From contig CDMY01000252.1 in assembly GCA_001179505.1 (NCBI GenBank), positions 62,001 through 126,000 on the forward strand: DNA of 64,000 nucleotides, written 5' to 3'. The position numbers and the translations under genes are program-made. Within the stretch, counting starts at the first letter, position 1, and each line of letters opens with the position of its first letter. Source of the DNA: Vitrella brassicaformis CCMP3155 (lineage: Eukaryota > Protista > Chromerida). The notes beneath the pieces are model-generated. The model saw only the letters and a list, made by a program, of their open reading frames with translations. It was not told the DNA's origin and did no database searches. Shown piece after piece: positions 23,512 through 35,245 of this stretch.

Positions 23512-24238
23512 TCAGCAGGGCTGCGGTGCGACCTCCAGCAGCGGCACACGCCAAGGAGGACGCACGTCAATGCGTCCTGGGGCCTTGGTGGTGCCTCTGG
23601 GTGTGTCCTTGCCCTCCTGAGAGGCTGCGTGTGCGGGTGCTGGCGCCAGCGTTCTCTGAGACCTTGTGGCAGCTCGTGTGTCCGGCTGAGGGGCGTCAGG
23701 GTCGTCATTGGACCTGTCGCCGAGGATACCCAGCGGTACGATGTCCTCTGGGACTTCAGCCTCCAGCAGCCTGCATTCATGTCATTGACACAACACGCCA
23801 GCCACAGCACAGCCATTGAGGGAGGAGGAAGGGACAGTCACCACGGTGTTGTGATGCCTGTCTGTGTCTGTGCGTTCTGCGTATGTGCCTGTGAGCCTCT
23901 CTGTCCTCTCTCCGTGCTTACTGGGTATTCCACTCGCCAACGGCCCAAACCATCCACTCTCGGTGGTGGGCGGCTGACCGGTCGGCGTACTCCTTGGCCT
24001 TTCTCTTGAAGTCCGCCTTGTGGTCCTCGTGCACTCGGTTGGTGTCGCCGTCTAGCCAGCCCGCCATCTCCTTTATCTCGTCGTCGCTCAGGCGCTGAAT
24101 GCTACACACGTACTTTAGCTCCCTCCACCGGTTCAGCCGCGCGAGGGCTGCACGGACACGGAGGTACTCGTCGTCCGGGTTGTACTCTCTCTCATTGATA
24201 AAGAAAGGCCGCGGTTCTGCGCTACACCAATGGCCCAT
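23512..24238 (-). CDS. Hypothetical protein, 2 exons
   Basis: Protein-like ORF MGHWCSAEPRPFFINEREYNPDDEYL...EWNTQ splices (GTAAGC...ATGCAG) in frame to LLEAEVPEDIVPLG. Confidence 0.55.
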
Positions 24239-24262
24239 TTCGCCTGTTCCCGTGTGGAGTCT

Positions 24263-24271
24263 AAGCTCGCA
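24263..24271 (+). promoter_or_regulatory. AAGCTCGCA candidate promoter element
   Basis: Exact 9-mer in the ~80-nt divergent spacer 24238(-)/24318(+). Confidence 0.55.
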
Positions 24272-24317
24272 GCTTGGACGGATCGCCTCCTAGTGAGAGA
24301 GGCAAAACAGGGGAAGA

Positions 24318-25141
24318 ATGAGCTCATCTGCTGTAGATGCTGGTGCTGCAAATGTGGGTGCAGCTAAACCGGCGCCTCGCAGCTGCTGGCAACGCTTCCT
24401 CAAAGGGCGGGAACTGCATGTGAGCGGCGTCCGGGACACCAAGAGCCTTACCGAGGTGAGCAGGGGAGGGGCTCACAACACACACACCGCTGCATGAAGC
24501 ACGATCATTCATCTGCGTGTCTGTTTTCTGCTGCTGCAGGATTTGGCCTCGTTCCTCCGGTCCCATGGGGTGACATCTGTGGTGATGAACGACAGCGGCT
24601 TGGCCCCTCTGACATTCATTCTGCGTCAGCTTGCCGGGTGTGAGGGCTGTGTTGAGAAGCTGAGCATCGACTGCTGGGGCGTGGCGTGGACCCCCACCCT
24701 GCAGGTGGCCTTCAAGGAGGCCTGTGACAGCAACCCGCACCTGACCACACTCACTGTGCGGCTGCGGCTCAAAGGCCTGGAGATGGTGGAGATGCTCATG
24801 TGTGTGCCGGAAAAGGTCGAGGTGCTCGATATTGGCGACAACATGTGAGGGGCCAAAAGGCGGCGCCACACAGCATGGTGGTCGAGGGTTCGTGGATTTC
24901 TGTGTGCGTGTGAGTGGTTGCAGGATGGACAAGTCGGTGATCCCCTTGCTGGTGGGGATGATAGGCCGGTGCCACCTGCAGACCCTGCTGATGGACAAGT
25001 GCGGCGTGGGCAACAACATCGACTGGCTCAATACGTTCTACCAGCAGCTTATCGAACTGCCACACATCGCTCTGGAGTGCCTAGAAGGTGCGTCTGTGCG
25101 TCCATGCCATTAAGGAGAGGGTGGACCTTCTCTCGTGTCCT

Positions 25142-25175
<34 letters not shown>

Positions 25176-28043
25176 GTCTGGATCTCTCTCTTGTGGCTGA
25201 CCTTCCGATACCCGTCCGCAAGGCGCTCAAGAACCCCTCACGCGACAAAGGTGAGATGGCAGACGGCAAATGGATGCCGTCGTCATATTGCCTTTTCCTC
25301 CATCCATTGCTTGGTGCAGTTCGGCTGCCTGGTGCGGGTCGGACTGACCGTTCTCGTGCCATGTCGATGTGGCCCAACGGCCCCTTCATCGACTACATCC
25401 GCAACAGGGCCTTCTCTGACATCGTCAAAGGTAGGGCACCCTGCACCATCCATCCACCCACACCCACTCATGCCGCTGATGCTGGTCTCGTGTATTTGTG
25501 TGGCGCTCAGGCCAGTCTGCACGCGTGTGGTGGCCGCCGACTGAAGATGAAGTGAGATGACAACACGCCACGATAAATCCATCCACCCACACACGGAGCC
25601 GCTGCATTTGTCTTTCTCCTGTCGGCCCTCTTGCGTGTGTCCGTGTAGGCCAAGACTGATTTTTCTGGTCGCTACTGGCCGGCCAAGGTGCTGCGATGCA
25701 ACCCGGTGGACCTAGTCTTCACTGTGCAGGTCAGTCAGAACCATGACACATCAAACAACACAGCCACCGCCACACATACAAGTGCAGCTCTCTCTCTCTC
25801 TGTGTGTGTATGTGTGTTGTCATGATGTGCGCAGTATGACAACAGTGAGGTCGAGAACGTGACGGCCCGGGACATCCAGCCGCCCAGCCCCTACCACTAC
25901 GGCTGCCACACGCCACCGGCGTCACGCATCCCCTTCCCATACGCCTCAGCCGAGCCAACACCCACACCCACGCCAGGCCCACGTCGCCCTAGCCCCGCCC
26001 CCGCCCCCAGCACCCCACGCGACGGGCAGTCGTGCTCGGCCGTATGTGGTGCGAAGGCAGAGGCCATACCCATGACGGATGGCGAGAAATCGGCGGCGGC
26101 AGATGACGTTGAGATGACCCCTGCCGATGCGGGCCCTGCCAACAAGAGAAAGGGCAATGAGGAGCTGCCCCCCCCAAAGGCGGCCAAGAAGCTGGCGAGG
26201 GAGGGGAGTGACTGCCCTGGGGCAGACGCGGAGAAGAGCCCCTCAGCAGCGGCCCCAGGCCCCAGTGAGACCGACACGGCCACACAAGACAGAGACACGC
26301 CCACTGCCGGCAAGGGCAGCCGCAGGATCAAGAGAAAGGCTCAGGGGAAATCCAAAAAGGGCAAACGAGACTCCCAGGCAGCCGACGGAACACCTGTGAG
26401 CGCGAGTGTGAGCCCTTCCGCTGCAGCTGCCGCCGGTGGTTGTGGTGGTGGTGGCTCTCCTGCTGCTGGTGCTGTTGCTAGGGGTGACATCTATGTGACT
26501 GACCGGGAGATCTATGGCGATGGCGGTGCTGTGGATGCGGTGGCGGTGCCGGCTGAGCTGGAGGGGTGCGTGCTGGCTATTGGGGAGTTCTGCGAGTTCA
26601 GAGACCCCGAGGAGTCCAGCGACCCTTCGGACTACTTCGGTGAGTAAACCACCAATGGGGAGCTGACCGTGTTAGTGCGCTCCGTGTGTATCTGTGTGTG
26701 TGCACAGGATATGTGGTGGGTATTCAGCGTCACGAGCCCATGTACACCGTCCGCTATGTCTACTACGACGACCATGACGTGACCAATCCATCGCACCTCA
26801 TTCACCGTATGCGTATGACATTTATGATGTGATGGATGACGCTCCCAGGTGGTCCCCGTCTCGTCGAAGGACATCCGCAGAGCCGCCATCATCCCTTATG
26901 TGCAGTGGCGGGACGCTCACCTCGACATAGTCTTCGCAAAGAAGCGCGGCGACCACCTCCTCGACAATGAGGCCTCATCGTCGCCAGCTGCTGCGGCTGC
27001 TGCGGCGGCGCGCCAGTCGACGAATGATCCAGCACCAGAGATGCCAATGTTCCTTCTGCGGCCTGTGGCCCGGCGTGTGTGCCGCGAGAGCTCTGCGCGC
27101 TACGTGCCGCCCAGTGTGCTGGACTTCAAGCACCTCTCGGCCGAGTGAGGGAGGGACGGGGAGGGAGAAGGGAGAAGGGGCGGCGGGGGAAATGCTCTCT
27201 GTGTAACGATGCCATCCATATTGAGGTGTCTGTCTGTCTGTGTGGGTATCAATCAGGGTGTTTGGTCAGTGGCTGTATCGGCAGAGTCTCCACGAGCATC
27301 CGAGGCTCACCGACACCGCACGTAGGACAGACAGAGCGGACGAACGGCAAAAACTTCTCTCTCTCTTTTCTGTCTGTCCCTCAAACAGACAGGGCCCGTC
27401 TGCATCAGAAGAGCAAAGATGAGCTGGTGGACGAGGTCGAGCGCCTGCAGAGCCAAGTCGCCATTCTCTCACAGAAGGTACCTACCTGACCTGGCTGGCT
27501 GATGACAGATACCACACACCACACACCACACACACCACACACACCACACACACTCAGCAAACAAACAGGGGAGGGAGGAGAGTGCCGTGTCCGTCTCTCT
27601 GGGTGCTTGGCTTGTGTGGTGTGCTACAAGAACCACAAGCGCGTGGCGACAGACACGGAGGTGTCGAAGCTGCGTCGGCAAGTGGAGGAGTACCACAGCC
27701 AGATACAGACACTGCAGTCGGACCTCCGCTGCATGATCTGCTGCGAACGGCGCTTCCACTGCGTCCTCAAGCCCTGCTTGCACTTCCAGTTCTGCTCGCA
27801 GTAAGTACGCAGCCAGGGGACAGCCACAGCCACTTCACATGCACCATGGGGGCAGAGAGTGTGTCTCTGTGTGTTTGTGTGGATGCGTCAATCAGGTGTG
27901 CGCAGCAGACCAAGAAGTGTCCGTTGTGTCGCGGGACCATCACGGGGGTCATCACGCTGAAGCTGCCCGACGAGGACGCCTGTGACAAGTCCCCAGATGC
28001 AGCTGCAGCAGGGGAGGGCAGGGGACATCATCATGACGACTGA
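24318..28043 (+). CDS. Multidomain protein: RNI-like LRRs, two Tudor/Agenet-like modules, coiled coil, C-terminal C3HC4 RING
   Basis: LRR-like VEKLSIDCWG / VEVLDIGDN / LQTLLMDKCGVG. Tudor-like GQSARVWWP...GRYWPAKV...FTVQYDNSEVENV and IGEFCEFR...YFGYVVG...YTVRYVYYDDHDVVPV. RING CMICCERRFHCVLKPCLHFQFCSQCAQQTKKCPLCR. Confidence 0.75.
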
Positions 28044-28658
28044 GAGAGTTGCTGAGAGACTGATGGATCGATGGATGGTATCTGACGGTTGAAAGCCTTG
28101 TTCACTCAATGCGCATTATCACACACATACACGGAGAGTCTCTCCCCGGTGCTCTCACTCTCTCTCTCTTTCGAGGCGTCATAATGCTAGTGTGGCATTT
28201 CCTGCCTGCCTGTTGCTCCGGCCGTCGCTGAAGAGGCTGCATTTGGCTTCCCACCGCATCGCCGATGAGCCGTCAAACACAGCCGCACCAGCGCACGTCA
28301 GAGCAACACGCAGACCAAAGACCCCTTCCGCGAACACACGTACTGTCTGTCTGCAAGGCACCTGGCCTGGCAAACAAGTATATGTGTAGACAGCTATGCA
28401 ACGCCACCATTGTCTGTCGCGCGGTGGGTGTGCTTCCTCCTCCCTCTCGAACGTATCCTCTTCTCAAGTGTCTGCTCGTGAAGAAGACACGTTCGAGTGG
28501 GAGGACCCAGCCCACACCAACGAACGGGTCGCGAGAAAAAGTGTCACATGAGGCCAACAAAACTTGCACAAATAGCATCCACACACAGCTCTCTCTTGTC
28601 TCCAGCACTAGCAGCTGGCTCACTGACCCACAACAGCACACCACAAGCCAAGCGACAC

Positions 28659-29612
28659 TCACACAGCCACCAGCTCGCCCTGTTTCGCTCTCTCCAGCCA
28701 TGAGGGCTTGACGTCGGCCGCCGCCAGCTCAGCCCGCATCTTGTCGATGGTCTCCTTGTAGTCGGGAGTGCCGAATATGGCCGACCCCGCCACAAACATG
28801 TCTGCCCCCGACTGCGCCACCTCCCGGATGTTGGCAGGACCCACACCGCCATCGATCTCCAGCCGGATGGACCGCCCGCTCTTGTCGATGATCTCCCTGG
28901 CCTCTCTCAGCTTGTCGAGCGTGTAGCCAATGAACTTCTGTCCACCGAAACCGGGGTTGACCGACATGAGCAGCACGATGTCCACCTTGTCGATGGCGTA
29001 CTTGAGCCAGTCGAGGGGCGTCGCGGGGTTGAACACCAAACCGGCCTTCAGCCCCGCATCCTTGATGACGCTGAGGGTGCGGTCGGGATGGTGGCTGGCC
29101 TCTGGGTGAAAGGTGATGTACGACGCCCCCGCCTTGATGAAGTCGCCCACAAGCTGGTCCACAGGCGTCACCATCAGGTGCACGTCGATAGGCGCCGTGA
29201 CGCCGTGCTTGCGCAGCGCGTCGCACACCAGCGGGCCGATCGTCAGGTTGGGCACATAGTGGTTGTCCATCACGTCGAAGTGCACCGTGTCGGCCCCGGA
29301 CACAAGCACGTTGTCCACCTCCTCTCCGAGCTTGGCGAAGTTGGCAGACAGGATCGATGGCGCGATAGTGAAGCCGTCTGTGTGGGGGTAGCCGTCGTCC
29401 ACCGCCATCCGCAGCTGCGTGTGGTGGGTGCGGCCGCGTCGAAGGCGGTTTGTCTGCGCCATGCTGCTGGCGGGGCTGCATCGCGTGGGTGCGGTGACGA
29501 AGCCTTCGCTCGCCTCGAGGGACGGCACGACGACCAAGAGAGAAAGGGTGTCGTCATCGGCAGCGGCGATGGCTGCGAGCAGAGCAAGGGAGATGGCGAA
29601 GGCCCGAATCAT
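28659..29612 (-). CDS. rpe: Ribulose-phosphate 3-epimerase with a bipartite plastid leader; intronless
   Basis: [68 protein letters not shown]. Confidence 0.97.
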   Translation of the reverse strand: MIRAFAISLALLAAIAAADDDTLSLLVVVPSLEASEGFVTAPTRCSPASSMAQTNRLRRGRTHHTQLRMAVDDGYPHTDGFTIAPSILSANFAKLGEEVDNVLVSGADTVHFDVMDNHYVPNLTIGPLVCDALRKHGVTAPIDVHLMVTPVDQLVGDFIKAGASYITFHPEASHHPDRTLSVIKDAGLKAGLVFNPATPLDWLKYAIDKVDIVLLMSVNPGFGGQKFIGYTLDKLREAREIIDKSGRSIRLEIDGGVGPANIREVAQSGADMFVAGSAIFGTPDYKETIDKMRAELAAADVKPSWLERAKQGELVAV

Positions 29613-29726
29613 TGCGGTGCGCGCTGAAAATCAAAGTGCTGCCTGCTGACGTCCCGAGTGCTTGGGAAGGACAGCAGCCTCGGAAAGCAACCAGATCTGA
29701 TGCGGGCTGAAAGATCTGCCTTCAGT

Positions 29727-29735
29727 TGCGAGCTT
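29727..29735 (-). promoter_or_regulatory. AAGCTCGCA (reverse orientation) candidate promoter element
   Basis: TGCGAGCTT in the ~155-nt divergent spacer rpe/AGPS, next to two AGATCT sites. Confidence 0.55.
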
Positions 29736-29767
29736 GGCTTCGAGGGAGGGCGGCTGCAGAACAGAGA

Positions 29768-32108
29768 ATGGCTACCACACCCAGCACTGCACCACCAGTG
29801 CGGTCATCCACTGCGCCGCGAGAGCGCCTGGCCCGCATTTCATCGCACGTTGATGGCAAAGCAGCGTCTTCTTCATCGGATTCCGCCAACCGGAGTAGCA
29901 GCGGTAGCAGTAGCAGCAGCACTGGCTCTTCCCTCGCCGGGCGGCGCGCCCTGCAGCATCTCAAGTGGAATGGCTGGGGCTTCAAGGACACCCGGCTGCG
30001 GCTGAATGCAGCCTCAGGGCTGATAGAGCTGACTGGCAACCGGTACCTCTTCTCGGGCCACGTGCTGCCGGACATCCGTAAGTTCGGCGAGGAGGACGGG
30101 GGCATGACCTTCGACAGGAGGCTCAACACCGACACGCCAGTGCAGGTGCCCCAGCCCACCGTCAACAAGCCGTTTGTGGCGGCGATTCGCGAGCAGCTGC
30201 CCGCCCTGGCCGTGGACCATGGGAGTAATGATAATGAGAGGAGAAGCAGTGATGCCGAGGACGCAGCGGTAGCTGAGGCAGAGTCGCCACCCCCGCGGCT
30301 GTCATTCGACATCGATGAGCGTCTGTTCCACAGCCATGGCCATACCCTGCAGGAGCTGTGGGTGCTCAAGACGTCCTCCGGCCCTCTACAGCGCACTGTC
30401 GACGCCGTCCTGTACCCCTCCTGCCATGCAGACGTCGAGAAGGCCGTCGCGGCCGCCACCGCCCACAACGTGGCCCTCATCCCATTCGGCGGGGGCACCA
30501 GCGTGACGTGCGCCCTCCTCCCGCCCGCAGAGGAGAGCCGCATGGTTGTGTCGGTGGACCTGACGACGATGGCACGTGTGCTGTGGGTGGACAGGGAGAA
30601 CGGCGTGGTGTGTGTGGAGGCGGGGGCGAGGGGCGCGGCGCTAGAGGAGGAGCTGGGTCGGTATGGCCTGACCCTGGGCCACGAGCCGGACAGCTGGGAG
30701 TTCAGCACGGTGGGCGGCTGGGTGGCCACCCGCTGCTCGGGAATGAAGAAGAACACCTACGGCAACATCGAGGACCTCCTCGTCGATGTCACATGTGTCA
30801 CGCCCACCGGCACTTTCACCCTGCGCAACCCTCCCCCCTCCCCTCCACCCACCGACACACCGGCACCGGCCGCCCCCCTCACAGGCCAGTGGCCGCGCAT
30901 TTCCTCTGGCCCTGACTGGCGTGAGGTCATCCTAGGGTCGGAGGGGACGCTCGGGGTCGTCACGCAGGCCGTGCTGCGAGTGCGGCCCAAGCCGCGGGTG
31001 CAGCACTTCACCTCGCTGATCTTCCCCGACTTCGACAGCGGCGTGGGCTGCCTCAAGGAGCTGGCCGACCGGCAGATCTGGCCCACGTCCATCCGCCTGA
31101 TGGACAACAGGCAGTTCCGGTTCGGCCTCTCGCTCAAGCCGACCTCTGGGGGCCTCGCGCGGCAGGCCAAGGAGGCATTGGCCAAGTTCTACCTGCTGAG
31201 AGTGCGGGGGTTCGACCCGTATCGGCTGGTGGCGGCGACGGTGCTGCTGGAGGGAGATGAGGGCCACGTCAAGTACGTCGGCGGGGCGACGAGGGAGATC
31301 GCACGGAGGTGGGGCGCAGTGGAGGCGGGGGAGGAGGCCGGCAGGCTGGGATACTTCCTGTAAGCTTCCTGGGGGGCCTGGGGGAGGGAGGGAGGGAGAA
31401 CTGACCAGCTCAGCTGCTGATGCGTGGGCTGTATTCGTCCATGTGTGTGTGTGTGTGTGTTCAGGACGTTCATGATAGCGTACATCCGCGACTTTTGCTT
31501 CGAGTACGGCTTCTTCGCAGAGAGCTTCGGTACCTTCCCCCCCCCCCCCCACACAGACAGAGAGAGAGAGAGAGAGCCAGCCTCTGCGCTTTTGTGTGTG
31601 TATGTTGTCTCCTGCTCAGAGACGGCGGTGCCGTGGTCGCGTATAAGCGCGTGTCGCGAGGCGGTGGAGGCTCAGATCCGGGCCGACTGCGCCAGGCTGG
31701 GTGTGCGCGGCGAGCCGTTCGTGACGTGCCGCATCTCGCAGATCTACGACCAGGGCGTCTGCATGTACTTCTACTTCGGATTCAACTTCATCCGGCTGCC
31801 GGTACGCCGCACACACACACACACGACCAGCCATCCACCCCTCCCTCCCACCCCCGTGTGTGGTGTGTCAGGAGGGTGTTGACGCGATGGCGGTGTATTC
31901 TGAGGTGGAGGATCGTGCGAGGCAGGCGATTCTGTGGGCGGGGGGCTCGGTGTCGCACCACCACGGGGTGGGCAAGATAAGGCGGCAGTACCTGGCCCCC
32001 ACGGTGTCGGGCACTGGGCTGCGGATGCTGCGGGCCGTCAAGACGGCCGTCGACCCCAACAACACATTCGCAAATGGGGCGCTAGACCCTGACTCCTCGG
32101 CGTCTTAG
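29768..32108 (+). CDS. AGPS: Alkyldihydroxyacetonephosphate synthase (ether-lipid synthesis, FAD-linked oxidase), 4 exons
   Basis: LKWNGWGFKD, LIPFGGGTSV, GHEPDSWEFSTVGGWVATRCSGMKKNTYGNIEDL, GSEGTLGVVT, SHHHGVGKIR, DPNNTFANG; PTS2-like RLARISSHV. Confidence 0.96.
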
Positions 32109-33526
32109 TGTGAAGGAACTGATGTTTTGACCGGTTTTGTCCTTGTCCCGCCCGTCCTCTTATGTGTAGTTGACGTCAGGAATTCGCCGGCAGTGCGTGA
32201 CGTGACAGTGTGGCTGTGTGGCTGTACAGCTGGTAGTGTGTGTGTGTGTGTGTGCCTGTCGGGGGAAGCCGCTGGCGTGTGCAGACGAACATGTGCATGT
32301 TTGTACACAGTTGAATGAGTGAGAATTAGCATGTATGTCTGACATCGGGTCTCGTGAAGAAGTGCAAGCCGAGTCCGCACCCACACCCACCCACCCACCC
32401 ACATCCACAACCCATCCATCCACACCCGCAAACTGTGTGTACGTGTCCCGCCCAAGCGGTCGAGGCCCTGGTGGTACTGCAGCGTCTGACGTGTAGGCCG
32501 ACAGACACTGCCGTCGCACCATCGCCCCGAAAGGAGGGAGGAGACACAACACAACACAGCACGGCACAAGACAGCAGAGCGCATCCGTCATCACAATTAA
32601 TGCCCACCTTCCTCTCACAGACAGATAACATCACCCCTCCCTGTCCGTCGACAGCTGCCTCTCGGTGCTCGCTTCGTCCCTTGCATCTCTACCCGAGTAG
32701 GGAACCGTCTGTTTGCGTGAAGACCAAACAGGCGGTGGCCTACGCGGCAGCACTCGCAAACAACGAAGCAAGCACCAATCAGCTGCAAAACCAATCAAGT
32801 CAGTCAGTTGCCCTCAGTCTCTGCAGCCAGTCGTGACTGAGGCAGGCAGGCCAGCGGGCTGTTCTCCCTGCCGTGGACAGTCGCCTCACCTGGCGCATCG
32901 TCACGAAGTCGCCGTCAGCGCCGTGTAACGTGCCGGCCAACCACGTGACGATCTCACCACAGAGACGAATGCCACACCAACAGCAAAAAACCACCCATCA
33001 TGCTCTCTTTTGTATCTTGCCCACAAGTACCGTACACACATGGCCAGAGAAAGATCGATCCGCAAGGCACGAAGAAACACGCTTGAGAAAGAGAAAGATC
33101 GGGCGGCAGCCTGCAGGGCAGGAAGGGGCCGGCATCAGTCGGTGTGACGCCATGCCTCCCTTCCCATCATGCCTGTCCATCCCCCCTCCATCCATCCATC
33201 CATCAGGCAAACGGCGACTCGGCTATCGAAAAAGAGCCGCACACACACATGGTCTCGTCATCGTCAGTCATAGATTCATCAGCTCGTCTCGTCAGTCTCT
33301 CTTAGAGGCACGAAAAACTTTGGGTGGCGACACTATCGACACGCACAGCAGGCACAGCACACGCCATGTAGAGCGACCGAAAAAGGCCTATGGGCACGAG
33401 AAGGAGGAGAGCCAAGCCGAGCTGGCTGTCAACCAGGCAGGCGCGACCCTCTCCCCCACTGCGCACACGCACACACGTACAGGTACAGGTACAGGTACAC
33501 TGAAGGCTCCCTCCTCCTTCAAGCCT

Positions 33527-34515
33527 TCAATGGATCTCCACTTTGCGGGCCTTGCCCTGCTCGGGGGCGGTCTTGGCAAAGGTGATAGTCAGCACGCCGT
33601 CCTGCACACCACATCAAACACACACAGCGAGAGAAAACGATATATGCAGATGTATGTGTGTGTGTGTGTGTGTGTGTGGCCATCCATCCATCCATCCCTG
33701 TGATGGTGCACCCACCTCAAAGGAGGCCTTTGGGTCCTCCGTGTTCGCGTTGCCGGGCAGGGACAGCTTGCGCTCGAACGTGCCGACGGCCCGTTCGCGC
33801 AGGTGGTAGGTGGCCTCCTCCTTGGCGGCCTTTTCGCTGACCTCCTTGGCGGCCTCCTTGCCCTCGACCTCAGCGGTCTCGGGCACATCGCGCGACCACC
33901 TGCGCTCGCCGCTGATGGTGAGCACCTTGCCGCCCTCCTCGTCTGTGATGGATACCTTCACGTCACCTGCAGGGCACCGAATGGCCGACAATGGGTGGGT
34001 GAGGGTCGGTTGCGGTGTCTGGAGTGTGTCTGTGTGTGAGCCGACTCGCCTTTTTTGACGCCCGGGCAGTCGACGGTGACGATGTACTCCTTGTGTGTCT
34101 CCTGGACGTCAACGCTCCCCACTGCACACACACGTTAAGCACACAGACCACACAAAGTCAGCCGTGAGTGAGACACCACCAGCCATCACACCGCCTCGCC
34201 CCATCCACTTCACTCACTCATCGGCTTGGGCGGCACCAGCCTGGTGATAGCGGGATCACTGAACACGCGGGAGAAGAACTCGCCGCCGATGTCCTTGTCG
34301 AACCGCTTGATCAGCTGACTCATCTCGTCGCCAAGCATCGCCAAAGGGTGGTGGACATCCCGGGGATGGTGGAAGGGACGCAGATCCCCGCGGAAGTACC
34401 GTGCCTGGCCGCACTGTGCCAGCCCGTTGAGGCGCGACGCGATGCTGGACAGCACAGCGGGGTTGTTCAACGCTCCGAGGAGCGACTTGCTGGCAATCTG
34501 CACCGTCAGCGACAT
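33527..34515 (-). CDS. Small heat-shock protein (HSP20/alpha-crystallin), probable mitochondrial presequence, 4 exons
   Basis: VDVQETHKEYIVTVDCPGVKK|DVKVSI...LTISGER...ERAVGTFERKLSLPGNAN...ASFE|DGVLTITFAK...KVEIH. Confidence 0.92.
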
Positions 34516-34646
34516 GTTGACAGATCTTCGGACGCAGCTCAAGATGGCTAATCAGGACGAACCAGAACTGAGAAGACGATAAGACGAGAATGCCGAGAGA
34601 CAGAGGCAAATCGGACGACAAGACGCGCATCGCGAGCTCAAATCAC

Positions 34647-34655
34647 AAGCTCGCA
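34647..34655 (+). promoter_or_regulatory. AAGCTCGCA candidate promoter element
   Basis: Exact 9-mer ~130 nt upstream of the sHSP ATG (34515). Confidence 0.5.
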
Positions 34656-35245
34656 CCTTCCGAATCTGTGCGGCCTCCCACCTCCCCCCCAGAAAGCACC
34701 TGGCATCGCGCACACGACTCTGCGGCCTGTGTGTCGCTCGTCGTGGAAATGGGCCATCTCCCTCCCTGGGAGCCTCCCGACAGATGACTACGGCGGCATG
34801 CGGCACCTGAGTGCGTCCTCGGCCTCTCGGCAAGGCGCCCGATACGAGCAGGTGCGGGCTGAGTAGGGAGTTGTGCGCCTCGGCGGCCACTCTGGCTGTC
34901 GAGAGAGGAAGGGGAGCCTTGTCCCTTGTGGCTGCGGTCTCTCATTGCTCGGCATGATGCTGCCGGCGACCGGCAAGGTGTCTTCAGCTTGCTATTGCTC
35001 GTGTATAGCCCATTCTGCTGCTTGCGAGGACTACTGAGGGGTGGGTCAAGATTGACTGTGCGCATCCTCGAGTCAAGTCACCATTGCGCGACAAGACAAG
35101 ACAGCCGAGTTCTGTTGTGGCGGCTTCCTTCCTGTGCTGTTGGCTGTTGGCGATATGTCTATCTGCTTGGTCAAGAGGAGATTGTCCAAGAGCATGGCTG
35201 GCACCGATGCAGCACCGGCAGCTGTAACCCCCGTCCTCCCCCCCC

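Noticed and set aside
27505-27555. Regular acacc/acaccac repeats resembling an array
   Set aside because: Simple intronic microsatellite with no unique spacers; not CRISPR-like.
28729-29627. Long alternative-frame and antisense ORFs over rpe (similarly over AGPS, ORP, AKR and seipin)
   Set aside because: Shadows of GC3-biased codon usage; compositionally implausible proteins.
32110-33500. ORF 32873-33703 and neighbours as a gene
   Set aside because: Low-complexity translations of microsatellite-rich 3' flanks overlapping the sHSP antisense strand; no coherent exon chain.
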